Assembly: GCF_004010195.1 (NCBI RefSeq)
Contig: NC_057750.1
Span: 19,641,260-19,684,966 of the forward strand
Direction: 5' to 3'
From: Chiloscyllium plagiosum
Lineage: Eukaryota
Length of the DNA stretch: 43,707 nucleotides
Position 1 is the stretch's first letter. Every line of letters begins with the position of its first letter. The position numbers and the translations under genes were made by a program. This document shows positions 34,415 to 43,707 of this stretch, one piece after another. Under the pieces are notes generated by a model. That model worked only from the letters and a program-made list of their open reading frames with translations, did not search any database and was not told where the DNA came from.

Positions 34415-35280
34415 AAGGTCAGGCAGCACACAAAGAGCAGGAGAATTGACGTCTTGGGTAAGACCCCTTCATCAGGAATGAAGCTTGTGAGCCAAGGTGT
34501 TGGAGAGATAAATGGGAGGGGGTGGGGCTGGGAGAAAGGTAGCTGAAAGTGCGATAGTTTGATGGAGGTGGGGATTGATGGTGATAGGTCAGAGAGGAGG
34601 GTGGAGAGGATAACTGGGAAGGAGGATGGATAGGTAGGACGGGTTATGAGGGCGGTGCCAAGTCGGAAGATTGGAGCTGGCATAAGATGGGGGGAAGGGA
34701 AATGAGGAAATTGGTGAAGTCCACGTTGATGCCGTGTGGTTGGAGGGTTCCAAGGCGGAAGATGAGGCGCTCTTCCTCCTGGCGTCATGTGGCTATGGCA
34801 TGGTGATGGTGGAGGTCCAGGACCTGCATGTCCGTGGCAGAGTGGAAGTATTCGGTCACGTTGCAGTGGGGTTCGTTGGTGCAATGGAACCTTCCAACCA
34901 CATGGCATTAATGTGGACTTCACCAATTTCCTCATTTCCCTTCCTCCTACCTCATTGCTGTTCCAACCTTCCAGCTCATCACTGTCCTCATGACCTGTCC
35001 CACCTGTCCATGTTCCTTCCCACCGATCTGCTCCATCCTCCTCTCTGACCTATCACCATCAACTCCCCAGCTCCATCTACCTATAGCACGCTCAGCTACC
35101 TTCCCCCCCAGAACCACACCCCCTCCCATTTATCTCTCCACCCCCTCAGCTCACAGCCTCATTCCTGAGGAGGGACTCATGCCTGAAACATTGATTCTCC
35201 TGTTGCACGGATGCTGCCTGACCTGCTGCGCTTTTCCACTCTCGACTCTGATCTCCAGCATCTGTAGTCCTCACTTTCAC
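34415..35280. mobile_element. Penelope-like insertion made of two head-to-head 3' fragments
   Basis: Minus part 34415-34870 and plus part 34880-35280 both encode GTxQPHGINVDF. ttcactctc..gaagg is duplicated at about 34403 and 35276. Confidence 0.75.
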
Positions 35281-35474
35281 TCTCTTGAAGGACAGTCTGA
35301 CATGTTCAGTGGTGACCGAGGGAGTAAGTCATCCAGGGCTTTTGGGGCCGGTGATGCCATTCCATTGACACTCTGCTCGAACTGAGCATAAATGGCATTT
35401 GGCTCATGGGAAGGGGGCTGTGTTCTTTTTCACTATTCTGTTCTGCTTAATTTTTTATCCCGTTATGTCAACGG

Positions 35475-37698
35475 GGGATTACATTGGGGCCAGCGACCAT
35501 AATTTTACTAGTTTTAAAATAGCGATGGAAAAGGATAGACCAGATCTAACCTTCCAAGTTCTAAACTGGAGGAAGGCTAACTTTGACGGTATTAGGCAAG
35601 AACTTTCAAAAGCTGATTATGTGCAGATGTTTGCAGATAAAGGGATGGCTAGAAAATGGGAAGCTTTCAAAAATGAGACAATAGGAGTCCAGAGACAATA
35701 TATTCCTGTTAGCGTGACACGAAAGGCTAGTAGGTGTAGGGAATGCGGGGTGACCAGAGAAATTGAGGGTTTAGTTAAGCTAAAGAAGGAAGCATGTGTC
35801 AGGCATAGACAAGAGAAATTGAGTGAATCCTTATAAGGGGATAAAGGCAATAGGAGTATTCTTAAGAGGTAAATCAGGAGGGCAAAACGGGTATGAGAAA
35901 ACTTTGGCAAATAGGGTTAAGAAGAATCCAAAGGGTTTTTACAAATACATTAAGGACAAAGGGTAACTACGGAGCAAATAGGGCCAATCAAAGATCAGCA
36001 AGTCAGCCTTTATGTGGAGCTACAGGAGATGGGGGAGATATTAAACGAGTATTTTGCATCAGTGTTTACTGTGGAAGATATAGAATGTGGGGAAATAGAT
36101 GGTGACATCTTGAAAAATGTCCATATTAGAGACGAGGAAGTGCTGGATTTCTTTAAACTTATAAAGGTGGATAAATCTCCAGGACCTTATCAGGTGGAAT
36201 GCAGATCTCTGTGGGAAGCAAGGCAAGTAATTGCTGAGCCTTTTGCTAAGACATTTGTATTGTCGATAGTCACAGATGAGGTTCCAGAAGATCGGAGGTT
36301 GGCTAACGCTGTAGCATTATTTGAGAAAGGTGGTAAGGACAAGCCAGGGAACTATAGACCAGTGAGCCTGATGTCTATGGTGGACAAGTTGTAGGAGGGA
36401 ATTCTGCAGCATAGGATTTACACTTATTTGGAAAGGGGAGGACTGATTAGGGATAGTCAAGATGTCTTTGTGGTGGGAAATCATGTCTCACGAACTTGAT
36501 TGAGTTTCTTGAAGAATTAACAAAGAGATGAGGGCAGAGCGGTGGACGTGATCTATATGGACTTCAGTGAGGTGTTCAACAAGGTTCCCCATGGGAGACT
36601 GGTAAGCAAGGTTAGATCTCATGGCATACAGGGAGAATTAGCCATTTGGATATAGAACTGTTTCAAAGGTAGAAGAAGACAGAGGGTGGTGGTGGAAGGC
36701 TCTTATCAGACTGGAGGCCTGTGACCAGTGGAGTGCCATGAAGATCGGTGCTTGGTCCACTACTTTTCATCATTTATATTAATGATTTGGATATGTACAG
36801 AGGAGGCATAGTTAGTGAGTTTGCAGATGGAGTTTTAGTGGACAGCGAAGAAGGTTACCTCAGATTACAACAGGATCTTGATCAGATGGGCCAATAGGCT
36901 GAGGAGTGGCAGATAGAGATTAATTTGGATAACTGCAAGGTGTTACATTTTGGGAAAGCAAATCCTAGCAGGACTTACACAGTTAACGGTATGTTCCTAG
37001 GGCATGTTGCTGGACAAAGAGACATTGGAGTGCAGGTTCATAGCTCCTTGAAAGAAGGTGCTTGGTATGTTTTTCTTTATTGGTCAGAACATTGAGTACA
37101 GGAGTTGGGACATCATGTTGTGGCTGTACAGGACTTTGGTCCAGCCACTATAGGAATATTGCATGGGATTCTGGTCTTCTTCTTATCAGAATGATGTTGT
37201 GAATGTTGAAAGGGTTCAGAAAAGATTTACAAGGATGTTGTCAGGGTTTGAGGACTTTAGCTATAGTGAGAGGCTGAATAGGCTGGGGCTGTTTTCCTTG
37301 GAACATCGAAGGTTGAGGGCTGACGTCCTAGAGATTTATAAAATCATGAGGGGCATGGATAGGATAAATAGACAAAGTCTTTTCCCTGTGGTGGAGGAGT
37401 CCAGACCTAAAGGGCAAAGGTTTAGGGTGAGAGGGGGAAGATATTAAAAGTGACCAAAGGGACAACGTTTTTACGCAGAAGGTGGTGCGTGTATGGAATG
37501 AGCTGCCAGAGGAAGTGGTGGATGCTGGTACAATTACAGCATTTAAAAGGCATCTGGATGGTTCTATGAATAGGAAAAGTTGAGAGAGATATGGGCCAAG
37601 TGCTGGCAAAAGAGACTAGATTAGGTTGGGATATCTGGTCGACAGGGACGTGTTGGACCAAAGAGTCTATTTCCATGCTGTACAGCTCTATGATTCTC
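35475..37698 (+). mobile_element. CR1 LINE (HER1-like), 5'-truncated and disrupted
   Basis: SDHN, LNWRKANFD, KSPGP, PGNYRPVSL, DVIYMDF...KVPHGRL, SVLGPLLFIIYINDLD, FAD and ERVQKRFTRML; tail ...ctgtacagctctatgattct. Confidence 0.92.
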
Positions 37699-38739
37699 GG
37701 ACTCTATTTCATGTCGGCTTTGCCACAGGCAGTGGGGCTTGGGTCTCTAACTCAGTACAGTATTACCTCTTGTCATCTCAAATCACCTTGCGGATGTTGT
37801 ATCTGGATTTCCTGTAAAGGTCTGAGTTGTCTGACTTGAACGCCGCACACCTGATCTCCAGTTGGCAATGGATTTCCCGGTTCATCCATGTCTTCAGGTT
37901 GGAGAACATAGAGATTGATTTCTTTGGCACGTAGTCATCCATGCATTTGCTAATGAAGTCCATGCTGGTGGTGGCATCCTTGTCTGGGTTGGCTGCAGAA
38001 TTCTCAAATATGGATCAGTCCACCGATTCAAAGCAGTCCCACAGAAGGTCTTCCACTGTCTCAGACCAGCACTGTCCTATTTCTATGCTGGGTCCTCACG
38101 TTTCTACTTCTGTTTGTCAACTTGGAGGAGGAACACAGTGTTGTGATCTGACATTTCGAAGTGCGAATGGGGTATGGAGCAGTAGGCATCCTTGATGGCT
38201 GTGTAGGATGTTTGGCCCCCGGGTGGGACAGAAGATGTGATGATATATCGATAGCACCCTCTTGCGGTTGGCCCAGTTGAAGTCACCAGCTATGATGAAT
38301 AAGGCTTTGGGGAATTTCATCTCGAGTGGGTTTGTACTGGTGTAAATTTCTTCACTTCCACCTCTGGTGGTCAGTCAGGATGGCAGTGATAAATTTGCAC
38401 AGCAGGTAGTAGGGATGACATGAATGGTCAATAACTTGATGCAAATAAAGAAGCCTGAGGGACAAGGCCAAGGAAGAAAAATCTTCTCTCTGTGCAATAA
38501 CTGACTGGGATTTGGAATGCACTCTCTGTACAGATGGTGGAAGCAGAATTAATTGTGGTGTTTAAAACTGAATTGGACAGATACTGTGAAAAAAAAATAT
38601 TGCAAGGTGAGAGGAGTTTTTGTGAAATTAATCAGACTGCTGCTTGAGAGAGCCATTTCAATCCTGATGGGCTGTCTGGCGTCCTTCAGTACTAGAGTCT
38701 TCCATGATTCTGCAACTAATATAGATTTCCTGATTACAG

Positions 38740-38887
38740 ATCACATCCGGAGCAAAGGAATATGGCCCCTTCTGTGGAGATAGTGCTCCGGTTATTCATG
38801 ATCTTCTGTCAAATGAGGTGGAGATAACTTTCCGCACCGATGATCAAGGGGAAAGGAAAGGGTGGAAAATAATGTACAACTCAACCG
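38740..38887 (+). CDS. C1S: C1s-like exon: C-terminal part of CUB2 (not in the ORF track)
   Basis: Acceptor tttcctgattacag. Manual translation ITSGAKEYGPFCGDSAPVIHDLLSNEVEITFRTDDQGERKGWKIMYNST has the CUB motifs GPFCG, FxTD and GWK. Donor G|GTAAAA, phases 0 to 1. Confidence 0.92.
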
Positions 38888-39404
38888 GTAAAATATAGAA
38901 TTTGCCAAAGTAACATGAACTTTACTGTACAGGAGGCCATGTAGCTTGTGGTTATGCTTCACTATTCCCATTCTCCCACCCTCTCCACGTCTCACCCCAT
39001 CAGCATGTCAATCTCTCCCCTTCTACTTATACTCACTGGTAGTGAGTTCCGCATTCTCACCACTCTCGGGATGATGACATTTCTGAATATATTTATGAGT
39101 AACTGTCTAACGCTGACGTATCTTAATTTTAGATTTTCCCAAAAGTGGAAACATCTTTCCCAAGTCTGCTCTTTTGAAACTTATAATTTTAAAGTTTAAT
39201 TCCAATCACAGCCCCCATACCCAAACTTCTTGAGAAGAAAACCCCAAACTTGTTTTTTTCTCTCTTTTCTAATTGTTGCTTATCCTTTAGTTCAGGTAGC
39301 ATTCCAGCTAATTATTTTCAATCATTTCTTCAGAACCTTTATACGGTTCTTTACTTGCTCTACAGAGAATCATTTTAAATTTGATTCTGAAACATGGTAT
39401 ATCT

Positions 39405-40245
39405 AACAGTGCAATGCACCCAACGTACTGACTGTTCAACAATGCTGTGTTCCCTCATAGCAGTGCTGCCTCAGTACTGACCCTTTTACAGTGCAGCACT
39501 CCATCAGCACTAACTGTTCGATGATGCAGAACTCACTTAGTACTGACTGTATAACAGTCTCCATACTTTCCCTCAGTACTGATCCTCCAAACATGCAGTA
39601 CTCTCACAGTACTGACTCTCTGACAATGCATCGCTATCTCAGCCTCTGACAGTGCAGCACTCTCTCAGTACTGACCGTCTGACCATGCTGCATTCCCTGA
39701 GTAGTGATTTTCTGACTATACAGCATTCCCTGGTCCTTTGGAAAGGCAGCATTTCTTTAACACTGATCATTCAATAGTGTAGTACTGGGGAAGGTGATGG
39801 CCTTGACTTTTGATTCCGAGTAGTGCTAGACTTTTCATTCAGAGATTTAAGTGATGTTCTGGAGACCTGGGATTAAATCCTGCAAAGGCAGATGGTCGAA
39901 TTTGAATTCAATTTATGCCTCGAGCAGTCACTACGAAACTATTGTTGATTGTTGGCTAAAAAATGTCTGATTTGTTCATGTCCTTTAAGGAAGGAATCTG
40001 CTGTCCTACATCATCTGCAGCCCTGTCATTGATTCTTTATTACCCCTCTGGCCAATTAGGTATGGGTAATTAATGCTGGCTGAGCCAGCAAAGCCCACAT
40101 CCTGCAAATGATTTTTTTCCCCACAACTCCCACAGTACGGATTCTCTGTCAGTGCAGTATTCCTTTAATAAGGAACTTATGATCTTCTGACAGTGCAACA
40201 CTCCCTCTGTCCTGACCCTCCAATGATGCAGCATTTCCACACTGG
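39405..40245. repeat. Degenerate 33-bp satellite interrupted by a tRNA-head/L2-tail SINE (about 39790-40110)
   Basis: cagtgcagcactc.ctcagtactgac units. The SINE ends ...ggccaattaggtatgggtaattaatgctggc...gcccacatcc. Confidence 0.7.
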
Positions 40246-40736
40246 GAATGTGAGCTTGTATTCCAAGCTCCAGTCTCTAGAATGGGACTTGAACCCTCAG
40301 TACCATGAATTCTGAATGAGAGTAATAGCCACTGTCCCATGGCTGCTGCAGGAAGGAGACCCAGTGGTTAGTAGAGTCCAGTTGTGAAAACAATTTCTAT
40401 ATTGTTGGCGACCGTGTACATTCATTAAAATATAAAGAGAAGATGTAATGTCACACTTTGATAAAGTAGGGACTGCTTGTTTCAAAGAATGTAGATCCGT
40501 GATGAGGGACTAATTCAAGATAATTGATGAATAAACCAGAGCAGTAGTTGAGAATGCATCCTTTTTATGAAGTGAGTTGTTATAAACTGGAACGTGCTAC
40601 CTCAAAGTGCAGTTGAGAAAGATTTAGTAAGGATTTTCAAGAGGGAACTGATAAATTCTTCAAGTGGAAAATTATTTTTAAGCCTATAGAAACAGGGAAT
40701 AATTGGATTGCTCTTTCAAACAGTTACCAAAGACAT

Positions 40737-40925
40737 GATTTGGAGAGGCTGGTGTTGGACTGGGTGTACAAAGTTAAAAAAAATCACACAACACCAGGTT
40801 AATTGGAAGCACACTAGCTTTCAGAGCGACACTCCTTCATTAGGTGATGGAGTGTCGCTCCAAAAGCTAGTGTGCTTCCAATTAAACCTGTTGGACTATA
40901 ACCTGGTGTTGTGTGATTTTTAACT
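40737..40925. mobile_element. Palindromic Penelope-type mini-insertion with a 13-bp target duplication
   Basis: Inverted arms aaagttaaaaa..tcacacaacaccaggtt...ctagcttt / aaagctag...aacctggtgttgtgtgatttttaacttt. TTACCAAAGACAT at 40724-36 and 40926-38. Related fragments at about 13725-13845 and 19362-19425. Confidence 0.8.
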
Positions 40926-41031
40926 TTACCAAAGACATATAGGTTGAATGCCATATTTCTGTGCTATATTTCTCTGTGACAGTATTGCTTGTTTAAAATC
41001 TAATATGGTTTCCTGTCTGTTTTGTCTGCAG

Positions 41032-41144
41032 CCAAGCAATGTCCCACTTACATCTTGGAGCATCATGTTATTCAGCCGAATAAATCAGAGTATGATTATA
41101 AGGACATTGTACAACTGAGCTGTGATGTTGGGTTTGAGCTCTAT
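41032..41144 (+). CDS. C1S: C1s-like exon: first half of CCP1 (sushi) domain (not in the ORF track)
   Basis: Acceptor ctgttttgtctgcag. Encodes (A)KQCPTYILEHHVIQPNKSEYDYKDIVQLSCDVGFELY (human PCPK...[23 protein letters not shown]). Donor TAT|GTAAGT. No later exon was recognised in the window. Confidence 0.9.
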
Positions 41145-42009
41145 GTAAGTTGCATTCTCTTTAAACCAAGTAACGAGCATTGAGGGCTCTGTTAACTCTG
41201 TTCAACCCTGTTTTGATGTTTAATACATAAAGCTTTCATGCTGATTCAAGAGATTAGGAGCACAATTCCTTCTCTGGAGTGTTGTTAAAGTTATATACTA
41301 CACATATTATCACCATTTGGGATTTTGATTTTAAAATAGAGGCAGATGTGTGGTTTCAGTTCTGTTCAGGTTATTTTTTATAAGATCAGAAAGTCATTTG
41401 GGAATACAGTAGTGACCTGAATAAATATACCCGAGCAGGCTTCAGTCAATTCTGTGACAAGACACATGTTATGTCAACGGATGATTTGTTTATACTGTTG
41501 TGTTTATACAAACCAGAAGCCATTAGTTTAGCTTTGACTTCAGTTCCAAAGAATCAGGAGTTTAATTTGGAAGAGAGAACTGTTTCCTCTTAGCAGGAGA
41601 ATCAAGGTCAGGGAACAATCACCCTGTCTGAAGTGTTTTCGTAGCATCAGGGAAGAATAATAGAATCCCTACATTGTGGAATGCCATTCAGCCCATAAAG
41701 TCCACACCTTCGAAGTGCACCCCACCCAGACCCAACCGCCTACCTTATAATCCTGCATTTGCCATGGTCAACCCACCTCGATATTTTTGCAAAGTGGAAA
41801 TCAATACCTGTCTGACAATTAAACCCAAACCACCGAGAGTAACTCACCTCGCCTTGTAATCTCATTTTAAAAACGTGTGAGAAATGGTTTAACCTACCTC
41901 TTGCACCCAATCAGTGATAAAGGAGTGCCTAAATGAAATGGAATCCTTTACGCACTCTATAATTAACAAGTAACAATTTATTTATATATCTTCAATATTT
42001 AACAGACTA

Positions 42010-42329
42010 ACAGATTAGATTAGATTATGTTACAGTGTGGAAACAGGCCCTTTGGCCCAACAAGTCCACACCGACCCGCCGAAGCGAAACCCACCCAAAC
42101 CCCTACATTTACCCCTTACCTAACACTACGGGCAATTTAGTATGGCCAATTCACCTGGCCCTGCACATCTTTGCGACTGTGGGAGGAAACCGGAGCACCC
42201 GGAAGAAACCCACGCAGACACGGGGAGAACGTGCAAACTCCACACAGTCAGTTGCCTGAGGCAGGAACTGAACCCGGGTCTCTGGCGCTGTGAGGCAGCA
42301 GTGCTAACCACTGTGCCACCGTGCCGCCC
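42010..42329 (-). mobile_element. Full-length HE1-like SINE
   Basis: Near-identical to 20680-20990, with A and B boxes on the minus strand. Lies inside an LTR-like segment (about 41780-42960). Confidence 0.9.
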
Positions 42330-42964
42330 ACAACAAAACAACTAACAAACTGAGCAATTCCTCTCTAACTACCTATTCCTGAATAAAACAAGATTGTAAT
42401 AGTATGCTGTCCCAATAGCATAGGTCCCACTTATCTAAATCCAAGTAATAAGAAAACAATAAATTAAAACTTAGTCTCTCAAAGTTCACACAGAATGGAT
42501 CCTCCTGAACTTTCTGTATGTTCTCCTGTCGTCTTCCTCTGGCTGAAATGCTTCTCAGGCATTTTCTCTGATACGTTTGCCTGGAATATTATCTAAACAT
42601 GCCATGATACTTTTTGCTGAGAGTGTGGAGATATCTTAGCCCTTGAGATGGCAGTTAGCTCTCTCCTCTCTGTCCAATTATCCTTGTCTTTATACCCATG
42701 CGGACATGTTAATTTCTTTACAACCAAATTTGTTCAATGTTGTCAACACCACCAGATTTAAATTTAATTGGCTTTCAATCTCAAAGTGCTTGGTCAAATC
42801 AATTGGATAAATTTGAAAAGACTTGTTGAGTTGGTAAATATGCAGCTTGACTTTTTGATACAAAATGTTTCATTCTGTAAACATGGACATTAACTGCTGT
42901 TCAGACATCCACCTTAACCTCTAAACACTGAAAAGAACACCATGATTTAAAGAGACCATGCAAT

Positions 42965-43180
42965 GCTTTCCATCATACCAACTTTGCAACAATATCCCTG
43001 GGTGATTTTACATAGCCAATCCACCAAGCCTGCACATCTTTGGAGTTGGGAGGAAACCCACACAGATACAGGGAGAACATGCAAACTTCATGTAGATATT
43101 TGCCTGAGGCAAGAATCAAACCAAGGCCCCTAGTACTATGAGGTAGTACTGCTAACCAATGAGCCATTGTGCTGCCCAAG
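42965..43180 (-). mobile_element. Older tRNA-derived SINE
   Basis: Reverse complement gggcagcacaatggctcattggttagcagtact...ggtttgattct...ccaaagatgtgcagg. Confidence 0.75.
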
Positions 43181-43494
43181 CTTTACTTAGTGAAGTTTCA
43201 TTTGTGAGCATTTGTATAGAAGTCTTCAAGTTGTTAGAACTGACAAAATAGTTTAGGTTATTAGAATTGAGAAAGATTCATGTCATCCAACTTGGAAAGA
43301 AATCATCCAACTGGTTCAGCAGTCCAAGGAAACAAAACAGTTAAGAGTCAGTAAAAACTAAAGTTTTGAGATGGGAGTGATATTTCCCTGGGACTGAATG
43401 TCTATAAAAGGATTGTATAAGGAAACATTGAGATGTGCTTTGCAGTTGGTATTGAGGTTTTATTTAACTGTCTTGGTATACATACAGTTTTGGT

Positions 43495-43707
43495 AAAAAC
43501 AATGACTGCAGATGCTGGAAACCAGATTCTGGATCAGTGGCGCTGGAAGAGCACAGCAATTCAGGCAGCATCCGAGGACTGGCAAAATCAACGTTTCGGG
43601 CAAAAGCCCTTCATCAGGAATAAAGGCAGAAAGTCTGAAGCATGGAGAGATAAGCTAGAGGAGGGTGGGGGTGGGGAGAGAGTAGCATAGAGTACAATAG
43701 GTCAGTG
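43495..43707 (-). mobile_element. Penelope-like 3' end / pLTR, running off the window
   Basis: gactgcagatgctgg...ctggaagagcacagc..ttcaggcagcatcc followed by a purine-rich tract. Confidence 0.8.
43589..43621 (-). ncRNA. Minimal hammerhead ribozyme motif (Penelope-associated)
   Basis: Minus strand attc-CTGATGA-A-GGGC-tttt-GCCC-GAAAC-GTT-ga: catalytic boxes, a perfect 4-bp stem II and the palindromic AACGTT stem III half. Stem I is weak. Confidence 0.6.

Larger units (their letters stand above)
32645..38420 (-). mobile_element. Rex1/Babar-like LINE, interrupted by Penelope and CR1 insertions
   Basis: Endonuclease IIAGDFN (ORF 38117-38320) and SDH; RT region CADQLARILIDIFNLSL...VALTSITMECFERLV...PQGC (ORF 33771-34379); (AATCA)n-type 3' tail at 32645-32690. 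Confidence 0.8.

Noticed and set aside
19776..41144. Assignment as MASP1/2/3 or C1r
   Set aside because: The MW start, FSNEERxTGF, CSHxCNNxIGG and VNxSGxVFT match C1s best by eye. Orthology versus a C1s paralog needs the protease exon and a phylogeny.
41145..43707. Second CCP1 exon of the C1s-like gene
   Set aside because: No C-x-x-x-G-x-W-type splice-bounded frame was found. The region is SINE, LTR-like and Penelope sequence, so the exon probably lies past the window end.

Overview
Repeat-dense vertebrate genomic DNA. The HE1-like tRNA-SINEs, Penelope-type terminal repeats and 33-bp satellite point to a cartilaginous fish, probably a carpet or bamboo shark (inference). The only cellular gene found is the 5' half of a complement C1s-like protease on the + strand. 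Seven coding exons (19776/19788-19792, 21190-21406, 24897-25071, 29135-29254, 30788-30984, 38740-38887, 41032-41144) splice in frame at GT-AG sites to give signal peptide-CUB1-cbEGF-CUB2-half of CCP1. The remaining exons, including the protease domain, lie beyond the window. The protein has unusual substitutions: CUB2 Cys1->Arg, an extra CUB1 Cys, and Asp->Asn at the CUB1 Ca2+ site, which creates a glycosylation sequon. The first 2.6 kb is an apparent tandem pile-up of repeated insertions of a Tx1-clade LINE at one target (ATAAACAGGGGAT, seven copies) at the start of an LTR-like segment. 2.6-12.1 kb is an RT-less Gmr1-like Gypsy element interrupted by a SINE, a 31-bp-minisatellite-bearing element and a near-complete L1 ORF2. 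The introns contain CR1, L2-like, Rex1/Babar, LTR, SINE and Penelope remnants, several with hammerhead-ribozyme cores. Repeat family names come from recognised motifs, not database searches, and boundaries of old repeats are approximate.
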